64,000 nucleotides of DNA from the human T2T-CHM13v2.0 reference genome, Homo sapiens, in the NCBI RefSeq assembly GCF_009914755.1, contig NC_060935.1; one strand, 5' to 3'. The position numbers and the translations under genes are program-made. Positions 1-10,939 of the stretch are shown here, in pieces. Below the pieces are notes generated by a model. That model saw only the letters and a list, made by a program, of their open reading frames with translations. It was not told where the DNA came from and searched no databases. The first letter of the stretch is position 1. The number at the start of each line of letters is the position of its first letter.

Positions 1-734
1 CCATTACTTCAGTTGTGCTTTGAAGGGGGCAACAGGTTTCTTAGTGGGTTTTGATTTTAGTACCTTGATGTTAATCTGATTTATGAAATTCTCCATGGAG
101 TTCATCTGAGTTTACCGGATTCTGCTCCGGAATATGAGGCCTAAGTCCCAGATAATAAAAATGTATTTTGGCTTGATCTCTTGGGCATTTATTTCTCCTC
201 GGACTTTGTGGTGAAGAGGTTAAATATTCCTTGGTTATTCCTAAATTATCTGGTCAAACATCCTTATATTATCATTTTTAATGTGTCATACCTCTTTAGC
301 ACATTTCCAACCACCTGCCAATTCTGTTAATTAAGTAGCATATTAACTTCCTCCAAATAATATCTTTAAAATCCCACCGTTTTCTCCCTCAGAAACTTAG
401 TATGGTATTCAAGGATGCTAGAATTCTACTGCTCACAAGATACTAGAGGGGACCCCTCCGAATACACACCCTGTGCTCCAACCTCCCTGCTCACGCTCAG
501 CTGCACTACTTCTTTCCTGCCGCTGCACACTGTGGTTGTGTTTGTTCAGATTTGGGAGACAACATGTCCCTCCCAGAACCTCAGAAAATTCAGTAATTTA
601 CAAAAGGGACCAGAGATTTAGTGTCAGCATATGAAACTCTGCAGGGAGATCAGTAATTAAGGACTATTTGATGTTCCAACAAACCGGCCCAGCCTCACAA
701 GCTTTCCCTCATGTAGAACTCTGACAGATTTTCA

Positions 735-740
735 TTTATT
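735..740 (-). terminator. ZNF202: Distal AATAAA polyadenylation signal candidate of ZNF202
   Basis: TTTATT on plus at 735-740, about 2.05 kb past the stop codon. Confidence 0.6.
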
Positions 741-1147
741 GGAATAATGCAAATAAGAAAATTAAAAAGTCAATTTGTTGTCACTGCCAGTATTTTACCA
801 ACCTTTATAAATGGTTAAGTCTGAGCTAGGAGAAACTATCTTTTGTGGCAGACATTTCACCCAGGACAAGCTGTGCTTAGGCTTAGATACTTGGTTTAGA
901 AATGCCTGCTTATTAGGACAGTATCTTCTGCAAACTCCAGGCTTGGATCTTATCTCAGAGTGCATATGTTTCACCGGACTCTGCTAATCATCCCAACCCT
1001 TCCTTTCCTCAAGGAAAAATACTCTGTACTCCCAGATCTATTTGAGTATGAACCACCCTCAGAAGTATCAGGACACTGAAGCCCTGGAAAAGGAATGGGT
1101 AAGATGGGAAGTCCCAGAAACCAGGGAACTTGGCTGCAAGTGTTACC

Positions 1148-1157
1148 TTTATTTATT
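1148..1157 (-). terminator. ZNF202: Proximal overlapping AATAAA signals (AATAAATAAA) of ZNF202
   Basis: TTTATTTATT on plus at 1148-1157. Confidence 0.55.
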
Positions 1158-2785
1158 TCATATATGTATATTTCCAGAAGGACAACGGTTGACTGGTATT
1201 AAGACCAAACCAGTCCATCAGAATATCATCGACCAAAATGAGAATTTCCCTGTTGGGCCATTAGGGTTGGAGTCTTATTAACCCTCCCCTATTCCTCGGG
1301 CCCATAATGCATTATGAGATAGAGGAGAAGAAACCAGGCACAGAAGACTCTCCCTGTCATGCTTTAACCCCATACCCTGTGCTCCACTTATGGAGGACGT
1401 CTCCCCAGTTCTTGCCACTCCCACAATCAGAGAAGGTGAGGTTCATAATTATTCAGCCTCATCTCCAAGGAACCTTTAACTGGCAACAGAGATTGTTGGG
1501 CCATCATGAGATGCTACTTTCTAGCTCTATGAACATAAAATCACGTAAGAAAAAGCAAACAACACAAATACATGAAAGCCATTTACTCCTGGTGAATTCC
1601 TCAGGGTCCCAGGTTCAACACTTTCCGTGATGTCAGAGTACTCAGTCAGGGATGATGGGGACAGGGTGTCAGAACAGTCTTGATGGTCTTGCCAGCAACA
1701 GCTTTTTCTTATTTTCCATAATTTGGTCTTAGTCGTTCTCCAGTTGTCTTCATGTAAATAAAGTGGCCCATGGCAATCATGATTCTGTAATTGTTATAGT
1801 GCCTTTGTAAGTTGACAGTTTCCAAATCCCCTTACTCATACGACCCCTGTGAAGGGGGGTGTGAAGGGGTTGGTGGGCTTGTGCATATGAGGGAATGTGA
1901 ACGATTTCATTATGACCGAATTATGCTTTACTCAATAAGCACTCAAACACTACCATCTCACTTGTAGTAGAAGTGCTAGGGATGCAACCAAGAGACTGGT
2001 TGAATAACGGGAAGGTTAAATGCATGAGTATTTTAATAGAAAAAAATATTAAAAACAAAACCAAAACTCGTATGGAAAGAGGCTTCTGACTAGGCCCTCC
2101 TTTCTAGCAGTGTTTGGCACCTGATAACAATTTGATGCTGGGGGAGGGAGCAGCTTGACAAGGTCCACATGAAGCAGCCTTGAGATTTTTCGCCCACTTC
2201 CATTTCTCCTCAGCATCAAAGGAAAGTGCATGGTAAGAAGTGAATCAGACAGCGAGGGATCTATGCAGTTATCCTGTGAATGTGTGGCAAAGCCATCAGG
2301 ACGCAAACCTCCTGTCTTGAGTCCAGAGCTGTGTGCTTTAAGATTTGACCCCAGTAAAGACAGAATCCTTCAGGCTCGTCCCTTCCCAAACCTAAGGGGC
2401 TGTCCTTGGCCACTTTCAACTTGAAGCTGTTGAGCAGTCTTTAGGATATGTAACAGCCTATTTTTTGGACGATATAGGAACCACGACCTCTTAAGTCTCT
2501 TAGTTCTCCTACTTTATACCCATGAGGTAGAGGCAGGTGCACTCCAGTGAAGGAGAAGCCTCAATTCAGGTTGTACTTTGGATGAAACATCCCCTCAAGG
2601 CGTAGAGGAAGGCTGAGAGGTTCTGCCCAGGCTCGTGTTTAGTTGCAGGAAGAGGTAATGTCAGATCTGAGCAGGTCAGGGAGACTCCCTCGAAAAGGTC
2701 TTCCCAGGCTGACAAGAGGGCTTTTCCTCTTCCTCACCTCCCTTAGGTGAGGGCTGAAAGCAGATCTCCTCACATGGGGACCTCG

Positions 2786-3780
2786 CTAGGAGGTCTTTTC
2801 TGAGTGGGTCCTCTGATGCCTAATTAAGTGATATCCTCTGCTGAAGCTTTTTCCACAGGTAGGGCACGTGAATGGTTTCTCCCCAGTGTGTGTTCTCTGA
2901 TGCCTGACGAGGTGGTCCCTGCGACTGAAGCTCTTCCCACATTCGTTGCATCGGCAGGGCCTCACTGAGGCGTGTCCTCTCAAGTGCTTGGCGAACGCTG
3001 CGCTGTGGGTGAAGCAGCGCCCGCACTCGCTGCAGAGGTAGAGTTCCTCAGCAGCGTGCGTCTTCCGGTGCGCCAGGTACCGCCTGTGTTCACTGAAGTC
3101 CTCACCACACTCTCCACACAAGTAGGGTTTGCCTCCCAGGTGGATTCTTTGGTGTGTTGTTAACACAGATTTCTGGCTGAAGCTTTTGCCACAAATAGTA
3201 CAAAAGAAGGGTTTTTCTCCAGTATGTGTCCTCTGATGTCTGACAAGGTCTGAAGTCCAGCGGAAGTGCTTTCCGCAATCATCACATCTATAGGGTTTCT
3301 CCACTGATGGAGTTCTCTCAGCCTGTGTCACAGGGGAGGTCTCTTCCAAATTCTTCCGGTTTAGGGGATATTTGTAAGGCGCGTTCATCTTGTGAACCTT
3401 TTGGTGCCTGGCAAGATGTGAGCTTCGTGTGTAACTTTTTCCACATTCCATACATTTATAGGGTTTCTCTCCTGTGTGAGTCCTCAGGTGTCTAACAAGG
3501 TGGGAGTTACAAGTGAAGCTCTTTCCACACACAGAACAGTCATGATGCCTCCCTAACAGGGGGTGGACGGGTGTAGTTTCCCGAAGGTTCACAAAACTAT
3601 TCACTTGAGAAATATTAGTACCAAATCTTCTTTCATTAAGTCTACCTGGATTGTCCTCAAAGACTATTTCCCAATCTGGAGTCTGGTGAATTTCTGGTTC
3701 TCCCAAAACAGGCCTGTGTATATCCTCCAAACTCAGATCTTCCTGCTCCAGACACTCTTCCTCATCTTTACTCCTATCTC
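2786..3780 (-). CDS. ZNF202: ZNF202 last coding exon: 8 C2H2 zinc fingers (2 + spacer + 6)
   Basis: Acceptor ctttctacag|GA at 3781/3780; CxxC...HxxxH fingers with TGEKP linkers; TAG at 2786-2788. Confidence 0.97.
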
Positions 3781-4264
3781 CTGTAGAAAGGGTGAGAGGA
3801 AAAAGGGGGTCACTGTAGCGGCAACAATGCCTTCTACACAATGGGGAGATTTTTACAAAGGGTTTTGAGATGGCAAGACTAAATGGAATGCCTGTCCTGT
3901 GCCAAGCACTTTCTCATATTGTTATGCTATCAACAAACCTTGGTATGCACAAATATAATCTTCATTTTACAAATGCAGAGATTGAGAATCGAGGGTTTAA
4001 GGGAATTGTACAGTAAATGGTATAGCTGCAATTCCAAAAGTTAACATTTTTCTTTCACCCTTTTGTATTACATTGCTATCAGACAAATGATGGGAGGAGA
4101 AAAGAGGAGGGCAATGACAGAAGAAATGGCTGTCAGAGGGAGAAAGCAGTACTGGCTGACATGTTAGAAGAACTGATGAGAGCGGGGCCCTACAGAGAGA
4201 GAGAAGCACTGCCTAGAGGAACTGCTGGCTCAGGGTGGGTAACACCGTTTTTGTCATTCCTCAC

Positions 4265-4384
4265 CTGTGTAGGTAAAACTCAGGATTTCTGGCTCTTGAG
4301 TCTCCTGAGGCTCTTGGATATCTGGGACCCAAGGCTCTTCCTCTCTAACCTGGGAGATCTCATCAGGTCTGGGGATTGGAAATG
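4265..4384 (-). CDS. ZNF202: ZNF202 KRAB-B exon (FPIPRPDEISQVREEEPWVPD...)
   Basis: Acceptor ttttccctctcttgagcag|, donor CAG|gtgagg; 120 nt, phase 1-1. Confidence 0.93.
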
Positions 4385-4921
4385 CTGCTCAAGAGAGGGA
4401 AAATAGGATAACACGATTGGCTCAACAATTCCCTGTGTTAAGAGCGGTCCTTTTCTATTTGGTAGGTTGTGGGGCAAATACATAGCTAGCTCAGGTGATG
4501 AAATCTTTCATCTCTTTAGTTTGTGTACTTTTAACCAAGGACTGCGTATCTCTTGCCTTTCTTGTGGTTTTCACCTGCAACTTAATAATTATACCATTGT
4601 ACACCTTATCCTCTTTTCCCATATTCAAGAAAGATTATCTCCAACTCTTACTGTTTTAAAACTCATGTGCTTACTTCAAATATTTCTGCACTAAAGCTGT
4701 AATATTACAAGTTTGTTTTCCTATTAGAGGTTTCCATTTCCATCCATTTATCTTTTACTTGAAAGGACACCGTATTTTTCACCTAATCCCTCAATTTTAT
4801 TGGTGGGGAAGGCATAAGAGAAGTTCACTGCATACAATCTAAGGTCTAAGATCCCCCAAAATTTCCAGCAGGAAAAAGATCTCTGGGCTTAGAACACTCT
4901 AGAATACTTGAAATTCCTTAC

Positions 4922-5051
4922 ACAGAGAGACAACAATTCCACAGTCTTCTTCCAAGACATATTCTCCATAGAACTCTTTCTGTGTTGGGTCCAGATCACT
5001 CCACTGGTCCTGGGAAAAGCATACGGCCACATCCTTGAACGTTACCAGTCC
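4922..5051 (-). CDS. ZNF202: ZNF202 KRAB-A exon ([43 protein letters not shown])
   Basis: Acceptor tggtttcag|, donor T|gtaagg; KRAB-A signature VTFxDVAVxF. Confidence 0.95.
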
Positions 5052-5914
5052 CTGAAACCACATAAGGATTTCATCAAAACGTGATGCTACGGGTAGCCTC
5101 GTATTTTGTCCCTGTTGAAGGTCACACAATAGGTGGACTCCTCTAGGAGATGAAAGGAGCTTGAGTGGCGGGCTGCTTAAACTCATTCTCGGGGGAGCCA
5201 TGTGTCCCCTGTGGCACTGGCCCTGCCCCCTCCAACTCCACCACTTTTCCTGAGGACCAGCTTATGTTCTTCTTCTTTAAGGTATTGTTTAAAATTTAGG
5301 AAAGGTCTTAAAAATCATCATTCAGCTCCCTACTTGACACTTTAACGCTATATACATTTCTGCAAAATTCATCTTTTCTAGTACACTTTCCCTAAAGACT
5401 CTAATCACTTTCAATAGTTTCTATACTCTATAGCCAAAACAAGACTTTTTTCCTCAGTTAGATTACAATCTAAAACCATACATGAATTCTATTTCTTTTT
5501 CTCCAGCCACATGGCTTAGTTTCAGAGCTTTGATCATGGTGAATACTTCCTAAATGTCTCAGCAGTACAGTCTGTCATACTTACAAATGACTATCAAATT
5601 TATTCCTTTAAAAAAAAAAAAAACTAAAAAACCCTCATTTGACAACTTCGCAGTTGTACTGGAGTGTTACAAAATAATCCCATTTTGTTAGTTCTTCTAG
5701 TCAATGGCAAATAAACTGGTGTTGGTGCCTGTGGATCCAATATAAGGTATGATAATTTATCTCATTATCTCCTCCCCTTCCAGGTACCTGCAGAACTGTG
5801 AGCTTAAAACTGGCAAGAGTGTAAATGTGCATCCTGCTTCACCTGTTTAGTATGGCTTATGCCCAGTGGTTCTTCAAACAAATTCTCTGTGGTACAGAGG
5901 TAACTAGGGCACAC

Positions 5915-6003
5915 CTGTGACAGAGCAGTAAGAAGAGCAACCATCTCTGAGTCTCCAGAGCTCCTCTCTGCAGGAAGGTCTGGGTCCTCGGGCACTGGGA
6001 CCT
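5915..6003 (-). CDS. ZNF202: ZNF202 linker exon (EVPVPEDPDLPAERSSGDSEMVALLTALSQ)
   Basis: Acceptor ccttcttttcttcatag|, donor CAG|gtgtgc; 89 nt restores phase 0. Confidence 0.92.
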
Positions 6004-6392
6004 CTATGAAGAAAAGAAGGCAAAGATCAGTAATATGCAGCATGCCCCAATAATGGGCAAAAATCTGGGCATCCCCCACCATCTTTGGTAGGAAGGTGGC
6101 CCTATCCTTTCTATTATGGGAACCAAGAAACTGGCCTAAGGGTAGCTCCCATATCCCAATCCCATCACCTATGAGACTATCAGAATGCCAAGAGAACAAG
6201 CAACAATCTGCTGTCTAAGCTTGGCCCTGTTTATGGGGGACTCTAGCTGGCGGTACTGTCTCCTCTTGACATCCTGGATTCTGTGATGTCTTTCCATACA
6301 GTCTATCTACCCAGCTTCCTTGGTATAGGAGAAATGTCCCCCTCCTTGCCTGCCTTCTGCCACAATCCCCCCTTTCTGCTGATGCTTCCCAC

Positions 6393-6603
6393 CGCTCTCC
6401 TGCAGGGTCTGGAGCTCCTCTTCCTGGTGTGGACGCTGCTCTGCCGGTGCCCCCAGATCTGGGCTCTGTGTGGTTTCCTCAGGAGACTGCTCGGGGGTCG
6501 AGCTTTGCACAGGATCCTGCAGCTCATTAGGTGACTCAGGCTCCGCTCCTAAATGCACCGTCTCCTCTGACAGGACTTCCTGGCCGTGAACATGGACAGT
6601 CAC
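6393..6603 (-). CDS. ZNF202: ZNF202 post-SCAN exon (VTVHVHGQEVLSEE...QES)
   Basis: Acceptor ttattcccag|GTG, donor G|gtggga; VTVHVHGQEVL is the typical post-SCAN motif. Confidence 0.92.
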
Positions 6604-7264
6604 CTGGGAATAATTCCAACTTCCAGTCACCATGGAGTCAGGAGGAAGTTCTTGGTTGTCACGGGAGCTTATTTTAGGAGAAGATGCCTAGAGAAAACAC
6701 TCCCAGAGGGACCCAGACAAGGAGGGGAAACTCCAGTTTCAATGGAGCAGGCAAGGAGGAGCTGAAGGTTATCCTCCCCAGGACAAGGCAGGGGATGCGC
6801 AGGCCTGCACTGCTCTCTCACCACCCCCAGCCTGGGCCCCTGTCACCCAAGGTTCCTTCCCATCTCCACCTGTCCCACCTGCAGCTCTCCTTGCTGCCTG
6901 CTTCCCTAGCTGACCAGCCAGGAAGGGGGATCTGTGACTGGGGATCTATGAGAACCTTCGAGGAAGTCACAAAATTCTCCTCTCCAGGAACCCACGGCTC
7001 AACATTCAAAGAAGGGAAAACCAAAGCCATGACCCTTTGGTGGCTGAGACCCCTCAGATGGTCCCTATACAGGTGTTCCAATATCCAGAAAGTCACATTC
7101 ATACACACACATCCCCCTAATCCATGGGGCTCATGGTATATGAGCAACCCAAGGGCAGAGCCCACTAATAATTTATGGGGATCCTGCAAGCTCTCCCCGC
7201 AAATCCAGCCTTCCAGCAAATAGTCCCCCTCCACATCACACAGATCAGGACTCCCCCTCCTCAC

Positions 7265-7666
7265 CCACCGCCTTGGTCTCCTGGGTTGTTTCTGCAAACC
7301 CTCCACCAGCGTCACTGCCTCCTCGCCACTTTCTGGCCGTTGGCCCCGCACCCAGCTCTGTAGTTCTCCAGGTAGGACGGTAAGAAATTGTTCCAGCACA
7401 AGCAGCTCTAGGATCTGCTCCTTTGTCCGCCTCTCTGGTCTCAGCCACTGGTGACAAAGTTCTCGGAGTCTGATGAGAGCTTCTCTAGGGCTTGCTGCCT
7501 CCTGGTAGCGGAAGCGTCGGAAGTTCTGGTGGGAGGTTTCCAGCACCGGGTCATCCCTCTGTAAGACAGACTCTGGCCGACAGGTGAAATCATCTTCCAG
7601 TTTCACCATCAGAATTCCCTCTTCTTCCCAAAGATCCTGGTCCTCTGGTTCCACGGCTGTAGCCAT
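7265..7666 (-). CDS. ZNF202: ZNF202 first coding exon: SCAN domain
   Basis: ATG at 7666 (gaaATGG); SCAN motif [30 protein letters not shown]; donor TGG|gtgagg; exon begins at 7763 after tctctatccag. Confidence 0.97.
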
Positions 7667-8137
7667 TTCTTGGCTTTGGGGTGGTCTCACACCATCTAGA
7701 GCTCACACTGTCATTAGCCCCCCGCCTCAGCCTGGACACAGCGAGGATTTTCTTCCAAGGGCCCTGGATAGAGAAGTAAAGACAAACAAGAGTATAAGCA
7801 TGAAACTATACACAAGGACAACAGCCTGAGTTCAATCATAATCCTCTACACAAACTTCTTCAAATGGTTAAATCCTCTTTTCCCCAACCACCATAGCCAT
7901 AAATCAACAGATCCAGTTGGGAGAGGATAATTTACAACTAAAGGTATGGTCCTCTACTCCCTTTCCTAGGCAAGGTTCATACTCTACAAGAAAATACTGC
8001 ATTTCCACTTCACAAATACTGCCAATTCCCCCGCTTAAGTCTCCAAACCGGTTCCCTTCTCTTCCTTCCTACAGACTGCTTTAGTCTGAGCCTTCATCAT
8101 CTCCTGCCTGGACTACTGCTCTAACTTCCTAAGATCC

Positions 8138-8308
8138 CTGCAGTACTCAACTATAAGCAAAGTACAACAGAATTACCTGTGGAGATTTTGCAAAACATAG
8201 TATCACACATCATTTTTCAGACACTCTGATTCAGTCAATTCAGGTAACTGTATGTTTAGAGATGCTACATGCAGTTCGAATGTGTATCCATGGTTGAGAA
8301 ACACCAAC
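8138..8308. mobile_element. MER5-like hAT-Charlie MITE remnant
   Basis: cagaattacctg...ctgattcagt...ggttgagaaacac resembles MER5A/B. Confidence 0.55.
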
Positions 8309-8324
8309 CATGACGGAGATGTGT

Positions 8325-8530
8325 AAGGTTATGAGCGAAAGTTCTGGAGTCAAGCTGCCTGGGTTTGAATCCTGGCTCTGTCGCTTACTAGGTATTTCCA
8401 GAGTGGGACCATAGGCAAGTTCTCATTCTCCTAATGCCAGTTTCTCTGTCTATAGAAGGGAGATAATAATGGTTTTTATCTAATAGGCTTACTGTAAGGA
8501 TTAAATGTATTACTAAAGCCTATGAGCATT
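8325..8530 (+). mobile_element. MIR
   Basis: ctgggtttgaatcctggctctg...cagtttctctgtctatagaagggagataataat core. Confidence 0.75.
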
Positions 8531-10351
8531 AAATGTATTACTATCTTTGCTTAGAAGAGTGATGGCACCAGCTATTATCTTTCTAAATTATAGTTCCAAC
8601 TATATTACTCAGTATTTTAAAACAAAACCTTTTTCATGTTAGTAAAATCAGTTCCAAAATCCTGGGAATGACACGAAGCTCTTTACAATCAGCCCCCAAT
8701 CTATTTTTCAAGCTTCAGATCCTACCCTTTCCCTGTATCACCTGGTTATAAAAAATGCATTGCTGATCTCCCTACAACAGGGTGTCTTTTCAGTCTTCCA
8801 TGTCTTTTTGAAGGTTGTTCCTTCTGCACAGGCTACTCTCCACCCTTCTCCTTTCCACGCTACATGGTGTGTTCTCTTTCTTTTTAACGGGTCTTGTCTT
8901 TATTCCCACAATTTACAGCTTAGGTCCCTCTCACTTCTCATCTGGATGACTGCAGCTGCCTCCAAATGTGAGCTATCTGCCTCCAGATTTGTCACCTTCA
9001 CGTACCCACTATGACCAGAACGAGCTCTCTTGGCAAACGTGCTCATGTCCCTTTCCTATCTAAGATCCTTCCATCACTCCCCGCTGTCTTGTTAAGTGAA
9101 ATACAAACTTCAAACATTCTACATTAGGTTGACGTTCATCTTGTTATTCTCTTCGCCCTCCTCTCCAATCCTTTCAGACACACACGCACACACGTGTGTA
9201 CATGCAAAGCACACAAGAGTCCCGTGTTCTTTAGCTTTTGAATATGCTGTTTCTTCTGATTCTTTATCCTTGGTTAGGTTAAACTTTAAATTTTTCAAGA
9301 CATAAGCTCAAGCTTCATGTCTTCTGAGATGTTTTCTTTGATCCCATTTCCCCTACTCTCAGACATAGTTAGAAATCACCTAAGTCCTCCCGTAGTGACC
9401 TGGGCACCTCTCTATCCCAGTATTGGTCATATTACATAGCCATCGCTCATCTTTCCTGTGAAACTCTTTGAGGTCAGAGACTATTTTCCATCAATCTCCA
9501 ATACCTATAATAAAGTGCACAATAAATGCATTTAAAATGAATAAAACTCTACTCCAAAGCTTCTTCCTATGGTAACAGGAAGAACCATTGTTTCCTCCAT
9601 TATGCTTTTACTATCTCTTGATTATTCACCATATCCTGTTAATTCCAACTTCCAAAAAATGTCTTTCGAATCCATCCATCTCTTCATCTCTACTGCCATT
9701 TCCCGGTTGAGCCATTATGACCCACTAGAAGGTATTCATAGGAACTTTAAAAAAAATTACAATATCCTCTGCTCCTAAACGGCACTGGCACGTAACAGGC
9801 ACGGATACATTGGAGAGATGACTTAGTTCAACCTCCATGACTGGTTTTCTTGGTCCTGTCCCCCTCCAGACCAGTGTCCACAAGCAGCTTAAGGGCTCCA
9901 TCATTTCTCAACCTTTTTGTGCTATACTACAGTTGCCTCACATCCACATTCAAGGTTATCGATCCACTCTTAATAGCTGTGTCTCATCTATCGTTGCCCA
10001 TCAAATGAGTTTACAGTCAATGACCACATTATCTTCATTCTTTCTCAAAACGCTTCTAATTCATGCTCTTATGACATTTTTTTCATTACCCTCAGTCACT
10101 TGCAACATACTTTCACAGTCTATCTTGGATAGCTCCCTAATTCCTAGATCTTCATGTGTAATTTTTCCTCTGCTATCTCTACCTCATGGTGATTTATTTT
10201 TTTCTCAAGTGGCTTGTAATTTTTTTATTTTATGTCCATCTTTTTACTTTGGGAGTCCTGAGAGCCCTGGATTTAAATGTGAGCCCCTTGAATGTAATTT
10301 CATTTGTTTCTTCCTAAGTGCTAATGGTTTCAATGATCTTGGACAGTTTGC

Positions 10352-10499
10352 TTTTTTAAGACTCTCCCTCTGTTGCCCAGGCTGGAGTGCAGTAGTACAA
10401 TCATAGCTCACTACAGCCTGGATCTCCTGGCCTCAAGTGATTTTCCAACCTTGGCCTCCCAAAGCACTGTTACCAGAGGCTGAGCCACCATGCCTGGCC
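10352..10499 (-). mobile_element. Monomeric/partial old Alu (FAM/FLAM/AluJ-like)
   Basis: tgttgcccaggctggagtgcag...gagccaccatgcctggcc. Confidence 0.8.
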
Positions 10500-10870
10500 A
10501 AATCAGTTTTTATGTTAATTTCTCAGGGTGTTCCTGAATAATGCTTTTGTGTATTATTTAGATCGATGCCTTCAAGTAATGTTTGGCCTACCCAAGGTTC
10601 TGGAGAACCCACTTCCTTGCACTTTTCCTGGGTCAGTAGGACGATTTTCAAAGGTCCAGGTTTGCAGGCTGCTTAATTCTGTAACTTTCACACAGCGTCA
10701 GCTTCCCAAGTCCTATCTCCCTGTTGGAGTACCAGTATTAAAAGCTCAATCCCTAGAAACCTTATTTTGGTTTGGAATCTCACTGCGCCATGGTAAAGTC
10801 AGCTTATACTTATTTTTCTAGTGGTTATTTCTTTTTCCTTCTGGAACCTATGCGCTTTCCTTTAGCTTTT

Positions 10871-10939
10871 GAGAGAGAGAGACAGAGAGAGAGAGAGAGA
10901 CAGACACACAGGGAGAGACAGACACACAGGGAGAGACAG
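10871..10939 (+). repeat. (GA)n/(GACA)n compound microsatellite
   Basis: Direct reading. Confidence 0.9.

Noticed and set aside
3781-3841. N-terminal part of the 351-aa zinc-finger ORF
   Set aside because: Intronic read-through upstream of the acceptor
5781-5790. Palindrome CAGGTACCTG giving AG|GT on both strands in intron 6
   Set aside because: A 10-bp palindrome is expected by chance in 64 kb; no further support
9837-10406. 189-aa plus-strand ORF
   Set aside because: Runs through L2-like and Alu debris; no recognisable protein
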